Source: Blastocystis sp. Blastoise (lineage: Eukaryota; Protista; Bigyra: Opalinata). From it: DNA of 64,000 nucleotides. The notes under the pieces are model-generated. The model was not told the origin of the DNA. It did no database searches and worked only from the letters and a program-made list of their open reading frames with translations. The stretch covers positions 930,001 to 994,000 of the forward strand of contig JBBPEB010000027.1 in assembly GCA_039096225.1 (NCBI GenBank), given 5' to 3'. This document shows positions 1 to 27,893 of the stretch, piece by piece. Position 1 is the stretch's first letter, and every line of letters begins with the position of its first letter. Made by a program: the position numbers and the translations under genes.

Positions 1-270
1 TATAGCATAAAGAATTACTAAGTTTATCAATATTAATATAATTTAATGTATTCATAATGGAAAGAGCAGCAACACAAACGAAGCACATTCCCGCGTGACT
101 CTCACTTCCGATTATATTGCCAAATCCTATTGAAAATAATGGAATAATCATGTTATGGAGAATATATAGTTTTGAAAATATATATATAGAATATAATGGA
201 TATTATCAAAATAAATAATTAAAAAAAATAGCACAAAAAGAGATAAAATATTTACAATATATACAAAATA

Positions 271-334
<64 letters not shown>

Positions 335-625
335 TATATAAATAATACATATAAAAACAATACATATAAAAATAATACATATAAAAACAATACATATAAA
401 AATTATATATATATAAATAATACATATATATATATATACCACCATCAATATTTTGGCATTTTGCAATATATTTAGACATTACATCAATATTAATATATTC
501 TTGTGGACTCTTCGGTAAACGTAATAAATATAAAGTTTGAACACAACAATAACTAAATCGAGCATCTATTTCACCATATCGATCTCCCATTACACTTCCA
601 TCTTCTTTTATTAAAGGTAATATAA

Positions 626-660
<35 letters not shown>

Positions 661-1051
661 ATGAATCATAGAATAATGAGATAAAAATATGATAAATTGA
701 ATTATATAGAAAATACTTTAAAACTTTCATCGAATCAATTTTGTCAAGAGCTCTTAACATACTTAATAACTGAATTGCACTCAACGTATATAAAATATGT
801 GAATCATGTCCTTTACTTCCACCAAAACCTCCATCTTCATTCTGACTAGATAAAATGAATTCTAATAGTTCATCACGACTTAAATTATCTTCAGCATTCA
901 ACATCATTAACGTAGAATAACCCCAATATATTCCGCTCATTTTTAAATGAGCTGTAACGACACTTGTGAGAGTATCTTTTTCTTGTGCAGATTTAGTAAC
1001 ATATTCTATATGTTTGTCAGTATAGAATGTGAGATCTTCTGTTTCAGTCAT
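1..1051 (-). CDS. RABGGTB: Rab geranylgeranyltransferase (GGTase II) beta subunit; spliced, 3' end outside window
   Basis: ATG at 1051. Exons ~1051-717, 627-440 and 126-~20 join in frame through GT..AG introns. Prenyltransferase repeats: HLKMSGIYW, QNEDGGFGGSKGHDSHILYTLSAIQ, GDRYGEIDARFSYC, CQNIDGGFGNIIGSESHAG. Confidence 0.93.
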
Positions 1052-1277
1052 GAAATAATTCAAATAAAGAAGGATAAACAGAATAACATTTTTATTTCCA
1101 AAAGAATAAAGACAATGTCAGTCAAATACTGATTTTTCCCTAAAACAACATTCAGTTTTCCATTTTTCCATTCAATACTTTTGTCGAATAATTGTATCTT
1201 TATTATCACGTAAATACTTGCTAATTATCCATATTTGATTCGTAATACTTCTATAGTTCAAAGAAAGATATAAGAAA

Positions 1278-4189
<2,912 letters not shown>

Positions 4190-4430
4190 ATATAAAAAAC
4201 ATTGTTTTATTCCTTTATATATTTGTTGTTATTTTTTTGTCTTAAATATCATCTATTTGTTTTTTGTTAATTAAAAATGAAATCAATAATTTAATAAAAT
4301 GAAAACAAAACACAAAAAATAAATTGCAAAAATAAAACGCACTTTTACGCAATAATTATGATAACAGCAAAAATTTAGAAGTTTATAAAAAATTAAAAAA
4401 ATAAAACATTTCTAATAATATTTATTACAT

Positions 4431-5906
4431 TTAATTCTTTTTAGACATATAGTTGGGCTTAATCATCTTTTCAGGGACAAGAAGTTCCTTGACTTCTTGA
4501 GCAGAAAGACAACCTTGTTCAACAAGAACAGTAGCAATAGATTTACCAGTTTGATTAGCAATCTTAGCACACTTGGAAGCATTCTTGTAACCAATGTAAG
4601 GAAGAAGAGCAGTTACAACACCAATAGAGTTGTGGACAAGTTCTTCACATCTATCCTTATTAGCAGTAATACCATCAATACAAAGAGTACGAAGAGTTCT
4701 AAGAGCTCTAGTCATCATTTCAACAGAGTTGTAGCAGTTGTAAATAATAACAGGTTCCATAACATTAAGTTCAAGTTGACCAGCTTCAGAACCCATAGTA
4801 CAGGCAATATCGTTACCAATAACTTGGAAACAGGTTTGGTTGACAACTTCAGGAATAACGGGGTTGACCTTACCAGGCATGATGGAAGAACCAGGAGCCA
4901 TAGCAGGAAGATTAATTTCATGAAGACCACAACGAGGACCAGAAGCTAAGAGACGAAGATCATTACAGATTTGAGAAAGCTTAATAGCAACACGTCTGAC
5001 GATACCATGATAATAAGTCATAGAACCAGTAGAAGAAGTAGCAGCAATAAGGTTATCAGCTAATTCAATAGGAAGACCAGTGACTTCACGAAGAGCCTTA
5101 ACGACTTCAGGAGAGAAATCGGGGTGAGCAGCAGTACCTGTACCAATAGCAGTACCACCGAGGTTAACAATAGAGAATCTATTAACAGCAGATTTAATAA
5201 TAGGTAAATCAGATTCAAGAGTACGAGCATAAGCATCAAATTCTTGACCTAAAGTCATAGGAACAGCATCTTGAAGTTGAGTACGACCCATCTTAATGAC
5301 ACCATCGAATTCACGAGCCTTTCTACGGAGAGCTTCAATAAGATTTTCCATTTCTTCAGTGAAAGCATAATGTTGGAAAGCCATACCAAGCTTAGCAGAA
5401 GATGGATAAGTATCATTTGTAGATTGACACTTGTTGACGTGATCGTTAGGGCTAACATATTGATATTCACCCTTCTTGTGACCCATGATTTCAAGAGCAC
5501 GGTTAGCAATGACTTCATTACAGTTCATGTTAGTAGAAGTACCAGCACCACCTTGAATCATATCAACAACGAATTGATCGTTGAACTTTCCGCTAATAAC
5601 TTCATCAGCAGCTTGTTGAATAGACTTGGAGATCTTATCATCAATTAAACCAAGACGACCATTAGCAATAGCACAAGCCTTTTTAGTCATAGCAAAAGCC
5701 TTGATGAAGGTAGGGAAGTGATTAAGCTTAACTCCAGTAATGTTGTAGTTATGAACAGCACGGAGGGTTTGGACACCATAGTAAGCCTCATCAGGAACAT
5801 TAAGTTCACCAATTAAATCAGATTCAACACGAGTACCGAAACAACGAATGGAATTCTTAGTAACAGCTTGTCTGAGAGTGGGAACGACCTTAGTAATAGC
5901 CTTCAT
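4431..5906 (-). CDS. aspA: Aspartate ammonia-lyase (aspartase), intronless, with mitochondrial-type presequence
   Basis: Likely start is M36 of the listed ORF (ATG at 5906). Motifs YYGVQTLRA, QGGAGTSTNMN, GRTQLQDAVP, the signature GSSIMPGKVNP, and GQLELNVMEP. The N-terminus MKAITKVVPTLRQAVTKNSIRCF is basic and lacks acidic residues. Confidence 0.93.
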   Translation of the reverse strand: MKAITKVVPTLRQAVTKNSIRCFGTRVESDLIGELNVPDEAYYGVQTLRAVHNYNITGVKLNHFPTFIKAFAMTKKACAIANGRLGLIDDKISKSIQQAADEVISGKFNDQFVVDMIQGGAGTSTNMNCNEVIANRALEIMGHKKGEYQYVSPNDHVNKCQSTNDTYPSSAKLGMAFQHYAFTEEMENLIEALRRKAREFDGVIKMGRTQLQDAVPMTLGQEFDAYARTLESDLPIIKSAVNRFSIVNLGGTAIGTGTAAHPDFSPEVVKALREVTGLPIELADNLIAATSSTGSMTYYHGIVRRVAIKLSQICNDLRLLASGPRCGLHEINLPAMAPGSSIMPGKVNPVIPEVVNQTCFQVIGNDIACTMGSEAGQLELNVMEPVIIYNCYNSVEMMTRALRTLRTLCIDGITANKDRCEELVHNSIGVVTALLPYIGYKNASKCAKIANQTGKSIATVLVEQGCLSAQEVKELLVPEKMIKPNYMSKKN

Positions 5907-7129
5907 CTTATAATATGATTTTAAAAAACGAATAAAAAATAATATAAAATATGAAATAGAATTAAAACATAAAAAATGGATAGAATGGTAAAGGAGAATT
6001 GGAGAACCCATATCTCAACATTTTTATTTGGGTACTACTTTTATATAACTATATGATTGGATGAACCAAATAATAGCGTTGATGTTCTCCAAGATCTTTG
6101 CAAATTAGACCTCGAATTTTCTCCAGAAAATTCCCTAATTGTTTTATTTTTGTGAATTCGAGAAACTTAGTCTGTCAATAGGAGAATCAACAAAACTTTT
6201 CATGATATTCATAACTTCCATTTTTTTAATTTTTATCACTTTACTTTATTTTTTTGGATTTAAGGGATTATACAGAAAAATGACCTACATAACAAGAACT
6301 CGATTTAATGCAAAAAGAGAATCTTAGAATTGCTTAGCGTTATTGACTCTTTTTTATATTGTATACATCTATTAATAGCAGATTATGTTGTCATTTTTTT
6401 GATTAATCAGATAAATTAATGATATCTGCCTTTTTGTTCTTTTTCAAATGACCAATTCAAGTCTAATCGACTGTTCATATTATGTCATAAGCACTGTAAA
6501 CAATTTCTTCATACTTAAATAAGTGAACCAACATACGTATAATCATAGTTTTATTGCAAAATTGAAAATCAATATTTACGTGTGTTTTTGCTTATTTTCT
6601 CATCTTATTGAAGGCTTAGAAGATATATATAAGTCATTTATATTGTTTTTCTCAATATCTCTCACTGTTTTCTCGGTAATAGTGTAAGAAGACAAAAATC
6701 ACATTATCCAACGGTTTTAAGAATTTATGTGATCAACATAGTTAGAATGATATTATTTATGGATCTGTGCCAGAAAATTCAGAATATAAGAATGTTTACT
6801 CTATCATCATCACTCTTTTTTCTGTTTTTGTGTTATAAACATGATTTTGTTCGTAAGAAAGTGTTGATGGAATATATTAAAAAGTTTTGTTTCACAAATC
6901 GTTTAGACCAGTAACACAATCGATGTCGAATGTACTTCAAAAAGGAAAATGGTCAGACTAAGAGAAATAGAGAAGTATATAGTAAACAACTCAAAATTTT
7001 ATAAGAATAAAATAATAAAAAATATAAAGTTCATATTAAAAAATAGAAATAAATAAAGCTGAAAAAAATTTTATAGCAAAAACACTAAACTGAAGAAGAT
7101 ATTTTTTTAAATTATCAAAATCACAAATA

Positions 7130-7697
7130 ATGCAGTCAACTCCTATGTTTAGTACTACAAATTATATTGTAGACTTTCCTTCGTCAGGAGAATTGGGAAT
7201 GAGTTTGAATATATCTGGCCGATATGTATTTGTTGCATCTGTATCTGGTCAGTCAGAGTGGTTTGGAATATTAAAGAACGATAGATTCGTTGCAATTGGT
7301 AATACACCGTGCGTCGATAAGAGCTCTGAATTTGTTTCGAAGGCTATTAATTCATGTCGTCGAAAGAATCAATTATGGATTGAGTTTCAACGTTCTTTCC
7401 CTATTGATGATATGGAAAAACTTGAAAAATCGTATATAAATGAATAACGCTTGCTGTATCTATGTATATTTATAGTGTAAACAGTTCTTTAGAGAATGAT
7501 GCTATTTTTCATGAAGTATATATAAAATAGTATTATTAACAAATCTATGATTTTTATATATATAGGGAAGTGTTTATTTTTCTACAAAAGGAGTTCCTGA
7601 ACGATTAGTGTATATATTATTATTCTATGTTTATTATATATATATAGACATATTCGTATTGTTCGTATGAAGGGACCTCTTCTTCGAACTGCTAATC

Positions 7698-7732
<35 letters not shown>

Positions 7733-10236
7733 CTTTATTATAGTATTATTAATGTATATAAAAGTTAATGAATATTCTATATATGCTTTTAAAACAAATA
7801 TGTTCTTTTTTATATATTGTTTATTATATTTATTTTATAGTATTCTTTTATTATTAGTTACATTAAAAGTATTATATACTCTATTATATACTCTATTATA
7901 TACTCTATTATATACCTTCTCTTTCTCTTTAGAATTCAAGTTAATTCCATTTTCAATTTCTGTTGTTTATTTTGAGTCTGTGACATCTCAAGTCGCTTTG
8001 GGAGGATTTAATTTATTACCTTGTAAAGTAGTTATTAATGAACCTGATATTAAAAATGAAAGATATTCTTTCTCATTAGTATCTAGCCAAGTTACTTCTA
8101 AATTCGGAGTATATATATATTTATTCTTATTCTTCTTATTCTTCTTCTTCTTCTTATTATTAACAATGTTATTATTATTATTATTCTTATTCTTATTATT
8201 CTTCTTCTTATTATTATTGCTATATATATAATAGTTGTCTTATTTTATAACTTTTATTTATGCGTATTTTATTTTTATTTATTATTTTATTTATTTCAAA
8301 GGGTTATAGAATATAATTATAATGATAATATATTAAAGAAAACTAACTTATATATATATAATATATAATAATAATCACTATAGTTTACGTCTAAGAGTGA
8401 TTTGAATCAATGGGTTTTATTATTATGCGATTTAATTAAACAGGACGTCCAACCTCTTCTTAAACAATTTAATGATTATTTCAAGGTATATATATATATA
8501 TGTATATATATATTTGCTATTCACATAAATAATAATATAATAATATAATAATATAATAATATAATATTATAGATAATTGTTTATTTAATTATATATATTA
8601 TTTAAACTCATATTTCTTTAGGTTGAAAAAGATGGTATATAATTATTTATTTTCATTTTTAGTATTATCATTTTATTTTAATTTTATTTTCTATTATTTC
8701 TATTCTTTAACTTATATATATTCTATAGATGCTATTGTTTCACAGTATGTATATTATTATATGTGTAAACTACACTATTTGAATATATTATCTATTCTTC
8801 TAATTTATTATATATATTATATATATTATATATATTATATATATTATATATATTATATATATTATATATATATCTTCTATTCTAATATGTATATAAATAG
8901 AAAAGAGAAGAATGATGAAATCTATAGAATGATGAAAAATAACTGTATTTATCTTTATATCTTTTGATTAATATTATATATATATAGTAAATATTCCAAT
9001 ATTTCTCAATTTAGCTCAGATATATAAAGAAATAATGGATATAGCCTTAAATAACATTCCTGCACCCGCTTTACTACAACGTATAAGTCAATTACATTCT
9101 AATTGTATATATATATATATATTATTTGTGATTATTATTTGGTTTTATATATTTATATAATTATTTTGTATAGTATTATTATGAATTTATATATTTATAT
9201 ATTATATATATTTTTATAATTATTTTGTATGGTAATGTATAAACAATATATATATATATTATATATATATATTATAATTATTGTGTTTAGGAATATATAA
9301 ATAACAATTATATATATAGGTACAAATTTTTTAAGTAATGGTTATGCCCCTCTTCATGTATTTCATAGTATAAGTGCATTCTTAATTACTGTATATAATG
9401 ATTTACATATAAAAGAAGAATGGAATGAAGATATACAAAGACATATAAAAGAAATGGCTACTTATTTCCATCAACAACAAGATACTTATAGTATATTATT
9501 ATCATAGATATTATTATTCGTGTTTTATTATATATTATTGTTTTTATTATATATTATTGTTTTATTATATATTATTGAATTTATTATTATTATTGTATTT
9601 AATATTATTGTTTTATTATTGTTTATATTATTCTTATTCTTATTCTTATTCTTATTCTTATTATTATTCTTATTATTATTCTTATTATTGTTGTTTTTAT
9701 ATACTTATTATTATAATAATTCTAATTTATAAACGTTTATTTTAAAATTATAATCATTTTCTTTAATATATATATATACTATAGTACGTAATAATTTGGT
9801 TCGTTCTGATTCTTTCTTTGTATTTCGATGTATAGATACTAAATTATGTGGTATCTATAAAATGACTATAGAAAAACTCAAAAATTTAGTTGTATATAAA
9901 AATGAATATGGATCTCTTCTATTCCAAGAAGTATATATATATATATGTATATAATTATTATTATTATTAATTATATTCATTACTATTCATTATTCTTATA
10001 TATATATATATAGTTATTATTATTAATTATATTTATTACTATTCATTACTTCTTATTATATATATATATAGCATGATAAGAATGGCCGTAAACGATGGGT
10101 TCTCGTCAAAGAAGGGGAGAAAAAACCGCAATTCTATATATATACAGATCAATCGATACCGCCAAGATTTCAATGGATTGCCGCCAATCAAGTAGATATC
10201 ACTCCTGTAGTACAAGCAATTATTCCACAAACATAA
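7130..10236 (+). CDS. Multi-exon protein with N-terminal PDZ-like and central PH-like domains
   Basis: Exons join in one frame. PDZ-like GELGMSL...GILKNDRFVAIGN. PH-like MKGPLLR...FKL...VVYFES...LGGFNL...YSFSL...FTSKSDLNQWVLLL. Ends QAIIPQT* (TAA at 10234-10236). Confidence 0.7.
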
Positions 10237-10914
10237 GTAACTATTACATATATATCTATATTTGCTTCTCAACATCATTTCTTTATACACATTTTCATCT
10301 ATAATTCAATTCTTTTTTTTTCCCTTTTTTTCTCATATTGACTATTTGTGTATTCATATTCAACTTATTTTTATTCATCTGGTTATCCTTGAAGACAAAG
10401 ATTAATATATATATATTCTTATTTTCTCGAAACAAACTATTTGTAAATTATTTATTAGATAATCATATAAATCTGTGTACTTCACAATGAAATTTTTTTA
10501 ATAAACATTCCTAAGTCATTTTGACACTATTGATATACCTATGAGTTGAATTTGAATATCATAATTATTTAAAAATTATTTTTTTATTAGGAATAAAATA
10601 TTTAATCATTTTATATTATGTTCCTTATAGCATATTACAATGATTTCAAATTTTAATTAATGTAAACTCAATAAAAAGTCTGTTAATTGACTGTAAACAT
10701 GTGAAAAAAACATCAATACTAGGATTCTAATTGAACTATACTCTGTTATCATCTACATATATATTTTTTTAACTCTTCATTATATAATAGGCTATAAACA
10801 AACATATTAAAAAAAATATCCATATTATAGAAAACCATGGAACTTTCTTCTTTTAAAAGGGGAAATCTTTTTTGTTTCACAAGAAAAATCATATATTTTT
10901 TGTTCTGATTACTG

Positions 10915-11454
10915 ATGGAAAACGATTTACGTGCACAAGCTGTTAAGTTATTCAAGGCTCACTTTCCTAAAGAACCTAATGTAGGTGTTATTGCTCCTGG
11001 TCGTGTTAATTTAATTGGTGAACATACCGATTATAATGATGGATTTGTTTGTCCTTTAGCCATTCATCTTGCCACATGCATAGTTGGTATCAAGACTGAC
11101 TCTAACATTTGTACTGTTGTTTCTAATGCTTCTGGCTCTGATGAAATTAAACAATTTTATGGTGATTCCTCATTATCTCCTAAGAAGAATGTGAAATGGT
11201 TCCATTATATTGAAGGTGTTGTTGCTGAATATATAAAATCTTATAATCTTCCTTTTGTTGGATTTACTATAGCTATTGTCTCTACTGTACCTCTTGGTGG
11301 CGGTTTATCGAGTTCTGCTTCTTTAGAAGTATATATATATATTATTGTAATTATTTTGAATATATTAATTCAATTCAGTTTTGTATTTGTATTGATTTTC
11401 TTATATTATATATATATGTTGAATTAATTTTGTTATACTATGACTTAGTTAATA

Positions 11455-11503
<49 letters not shown>

Positions 11504-11522
11504 TATATATATTATGATTATG

Positions 11523-11554
<32 letters not shown>

Positions 11555-12169
11555 TATGATTATTATGATTATCATATATTATATATTATTATAATATATA
11601 TAGGTAGCTATAGGTACATTTATTGAGACTATATATGGTTTAGAAGCTGATCCTGTGAAAAGAGCTCTCTTATCTCAAGAAGCTGAACATGAATATGCTC
11701 ATGTCCCTTGTATATATATTATTATATTATAATAATTTTTTTTTATATTATTTTATTTTTATTTTTTATTTTATTTTATTTTATTTTATTTTATTTTATT
11801 TTTTATGTTTATTATGTTGTATATATATATATACTTCTATAGGTGGTATAATGGATCAATTCATTTCTTCTTGTGGTCAAAAAGATCATGCTTTACTTAT
11901 TGATTGTAGATCCAAGGAAACCGAATTAGTTCCTCTTACAAATCCTGATGTCTCTATTGTTGTTACTAATTCTAATTGTAAACATTCTTTAACTGGTTCT
12001 GAATACCCTGAAAGAGTTGCTGCTTGTAAGAAAGCTGTTGAAATCATTAAAGGAAAATATCCTGAAGTTATTGCTTTAAGAGATGTTACTATTGAAATGT
12101 TAGATGAAGTCAAGGATCAACTTGATGAAGTCACTTATAGAAGAGCTCTTCATGTATATTATTATGCTA

Positions 12170-12201
<32 letters not shown>

Positions 12202-12770
12202 TTATTATTATATTTATTATTATTAATTAATTAATTAATAAAAAAAAAATAAATTATTATTACATCCCTTTTATATAGTCTATTACTGAAGATATTCGTA
12301 CTAAGAAATGTGTTGAATGTTTAAAGAATAATGATTATGAAGGTGCTGGTCAATATTTATATCAATCTCATGAATCTCTTAAGGATAATTATGAAGTTAC
12401 TACTGAAGAATTAGATATTCTTGTAGAACTTGCTAAACAAGTTCCTGGAGTATTTGGTGCTAGAATGACTGGAGGTGGTTTTGGTGGTTGTACTATTACT
12501 TTAGTTAAGAAATCTGCTGAAGAAGCTCTTATTAATCAATTAAAGAAAGGTTATAAAGAAGCTACTGGTAAGGATTGTACTATTTTCTCTACTCGTCCTT
12601 CTCAAGGTGCTCATGTTATTGATATGTCTATTCCTCTTCCTATTACTAAATCTAAATGTCCTTTCCGTGCATTTATGAACTTTATAAAGAGTCATAAATT
12701 CTTTGTAGCTTCTGCTACTGTTGCTGGAGTTATGGCTGTTTTTATGATGAATAAAATGAAGAAGAATTAA
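10915..12770 (+). CDS. GALK1: Galactokinase (4 exons) with a C-terminal hydrophobic tail
   Basis: [47 protein letters not shown] and [12 protein letters not shown]. Three in-frame GT..AG introns. Confidence 0.96.
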
Positions 12771-13103
12771 ATATATTCATACGTTTTTAAATAATTTATT
12801 TATTTATGCTATTTAGTTAAAGTTTATTGTAACTAATTTTGTTTTTATAATAATGTTCTTGGTTATTTATATAATGTTATATATAATATATAATAATAAC
12901 AAAGAAGAAAAGAAACAGTATAAGACTATTTTCATGAATGATTTAAAAAAAAAAGAAAGAGCAGTATATATTATCTTCAAATGAATAATAAATTATAAAA
13001 TAAAATAAAAAAGAGAAAACAGAAAATTAATGACAAAAACAATAATACTGATATAATAATAATAATATTAAAAAAATATATATAGGAACTAATATAAATA
13101 CAA

Positions 13104-24543
<11,440 letters not shown>

Positions 24544-25491
24544 GTTGAATTACTTAATATATTGTTTTGGCTGAGTTGAACGCAACTATATATTTGATCT
24601 TTATTTTAAAAATAGATTACAATAGATATTAGAAAAACATTATTTATCAAAATTAATCAAGGGAATTTTTATGCAATTTTTAAATGTACCAATCACTTTG
24701 CTCCTTTATTCAGAGTCACATTTCGGTATCTTAACTCTATTGATTCTTCTTCATATATCAGTAATTTATGGAATTGACCTTCTTTATAGATCACTGTAAC
24801 ATCTTGTATACTCTATTGCTTATTGTCGATAGATAATTGGGAATTATGTGATCATTTTATATATTTAACGTTGATTATAAGGTGGAAAAGAATATCAGAA
24901 ACCAGAGTATTATACAGAAGAAAGAAATAGAACAAAAACTAGTGTAAGAATCTACTTTTTCACAAAAGTGTTTATTTCGTAGAGAATTCATATTCTATGA
25001 TTCTGAAAATGCCTGATTCCATATGTATATCCTGTTGTAGTGATAAAAAAGAAAAAATGATTGAAGAATAGTGATTTCTTTTTGGATAAGAGACTAAAAA
25101 GCAATGATTATAATGCTTAAATGTTTGGAAATATCACGATATACGTAGTTCATATGAACTATAAGTTCTTTGACCCAATTATGTAGAATATATTTTTAAA
25201 ATATTGGTTGAAAATAAATAAGAATTGAAATAAGGCAGTCAAGCGACTATTGTATCCATTATTAGATACTAAATCATTCTAAACAGAAAGAAAAACTTGA
25301 GTTTGAACATATATATTATTGGGACAAAGGTTTCATAGTTTTCATAGTGTTTAACAGGGAATAAAAGAAGAGAAGAAAACATACAAAAATATTCCCGTGG
25401 TTCTTTTATTTTTCTCAGTACAAAAACAGAAATTACACGAAAACAAAATCAAAAAAAAAGAAATTTTTATTTTTCTAGCCTATATAAAGCA

Positions 25492-27597
25492 ATGGATAGT
25501 CGTTATTGTATGTTTTTATTTTTTGTAGATGCATGAATGAATATGATATATTAAATATAGCAAATAGAAATAGTTATAATCCATCAAATTATGGAAGACG
25601 TAATTATCAAACGTCCCATGACAAGTCTTATGATACCTTTAGAGGTGAAAAGCGATATGCTGATGATTCTTCTCGTGATTCTAACTATGAGTCAAAGAGA
25701 GGTTATGGAGGCAGACGTTCTAGCTTTCAGAATAGTAATCGAAATGTTAGAGCTGCTCCTCTTGTAGATACTTATGTATTTGTTTTTCTTTGTTTTATTA
25801 CAATTTTGTTATTATTTATATATATTATAGGTCCCTCCTCCAGAACCTGAAGAAAAGAAGTAAATATATGATGTTTTATTATTTTTTTTTTGAATTTTTT
25901 TAATATTTATATATTTATATATATAGAACAGAATCTGATTCTTATAAGGCTAATGTTGTTGTTGCTGATAGAAATAAGCGTATGATTGGTGGATTATTGA
26001 GTTATTTAACTAAGGCTAGATCAGCTATTGAAAAAGATAAATCAAAAATTGATAGTCAAGTATAGATATAATTATAGATAATACTATTGATTATAGAAAT
26101 ATTAAATAAGTTTTTTAGAATTTATTATTTTATTTTTATTTTTAATATTGTTAAATGTTATATATATATATATTTATTTATTATATATTTATTATATATT
26201 TATTATATATATATATATTTATTTATTATATATTTATTATATATTTATTATATATATATATATATATATATAGAATGCTAAGATAAAGGAAGCTGAACAG
26301 AAAGATCGTGAAGAAGCTCAAATATTAAGAGAAATTAGTGGAGAAGTTATGAAGGAACAAGTAGGTATTTATTACTATTACTTATTATAGTTATATTTTT
26401 AATCTTTATTCTTTTATTTATTGTATATTGAATAATAATGATTATAATTATAATTGTTTAAATTATTCTTGTAAATTTTTTTATTTATCAATTTTTATTC
26501 GTTTTCATTATATATATATTATATATTTATTATATATTATATATTTATTATATATATTATATATATTATATATTATATATATAGAAAGAGCAGCAATTAG
26601 AGGAGAAATGGAAGGCTAAATCTGAAGGTGTATGTCAAAGACTACAAGGATTAAAAGAAACAGCTATTAAACATATTCAAAGTTTAGCTCCTTTCTTTTG
26701 TACGGAGACGAATCCTTCTATTTGTTGGATACCTTCTAAATCTTCACCCTTTACGGATACTTTGAAAGAAAAACGACAACAACAAATTCAAGCAGAAATT
26801 CAAGTATATTTTTTAATATATATTTTATATTTATTATATATTTTATATTTATTATATATATATTTTTGAATATATTACATTTATGGTAATAATAGTATAT
26901 CATATAATTTTTTAAATATATTTAAACATTTCTCAATAAAATATATATAATATAGAATTATAATCTATTTATTATATTAATATCTATATAGAAGATAGAA
27001 GAATCATTTAATATTCGAATTGAAGAAGCTAAAAAAATACCTCTTGTTGAAGTATATATATATATATATATACACTAATATACATTTATATATATATATA
27101 TATATTCTTTATTATCAAATTTATTTTCAATTACGAATAGTATATTAGTTTATATACTATATATATAGAGAGAGCGTTATGAGACTCGTAGAAAGTTATT
27201 ACAACAACGTCAGTTAGAAAGACAGGAAAATGGTAATAAGAATGAAACTACAATAAATAATAGTTCTGATCTAGCTAGTAAGGAAATAGCTAATACTGAT
27301 AATACTACTGATGTTCCTGCTACTACTTCTACTACTACTACTAATAATAATACTGAAACTAATGAGAAAAATGAAGATAATCAAGCGAGTAATGAAGAGA
27401 ATAATAATAAAGATATAGAATTGAAAAATAAAGAAGAGGATATAAAAGAAAATAAAGAAATAATACCAGAAATATCTGAAGATAAAAATATAGAGTCAGT
27501 TGAGATAATGAATCAAAATGGACAACAAGAGGAGAAAAATGATTTAATTGATTTTACAGAAGAACCTGAAAAACAAGAAAAAGATATAGAGAATTAA
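25492..27597 (+). CDS. PNN: Pinin/SDK/memA family splicing-associated protein; multi-exon
   Basis: R/S/Y-rich N-terminus, RNKRMIGGLLSYL (pinin RNRRMFG-like motif), coiled coil, FFCTETNPSICWIP, acidic tail. Introns are canonical and in frame. Confidence 0.8.
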
Positions 27598-27893
27598 ATA
27601 GATTTTATTCCTTGTGGTTCTATTGTGGTTTATACTATTATATATATATATAATTTAAAATAATTGTATTTTCTATTCTTGTTGTTGTTGTCTTATGTAT
27701 GTATATGTCTTACTCAACTATATATAAATATTAATAATAGAATATTTTTATTGTTTGCATTATTACTCGATAAAAAATGTTTTTTGTTTTGTTTCTTGTT
27801 GATTATTTGTTTATATATATAATATATATATTTCTTGATTTAATTCAAAAATAATACTAAACAAAAAACAAATACATATATTAAAGAAGTGAA

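Noticed and set aside
148-590. ORFs rich in YI, poly-I, poly-L or poly-Y here and throughout the track
   Set aside because: Translations of intronic (TA)n and (TTA)n repeats, which lack stops in some frames.
4497-5648. Antisense and alternate-frame ORFs over aspA
   Set aside because: By-products of codon bias in the real gene, with no recognisable motifs.
5907-6011. N-terminal 35-aa extension of the aspA ORF from position 6011
   Set aside because: T-rich UTR-like sequence; M36 begins a plausible presequence.
6031-6060. CCAAT and TATATAA upstream of aspA on the minus strand
   Set aside because: Expected by chance in DNA this AT-rich; no TSS evidence.
6100-7100. Small ORFs or possible ncRNA in the long intergenic region (also 24600-25450, 45300-46050, 52950-53600)
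   Set aside because: No tRNA cloverleaf, snoRNA box pair or protein motif recognised by eye; an Infernal/Rfam scan would be needed.
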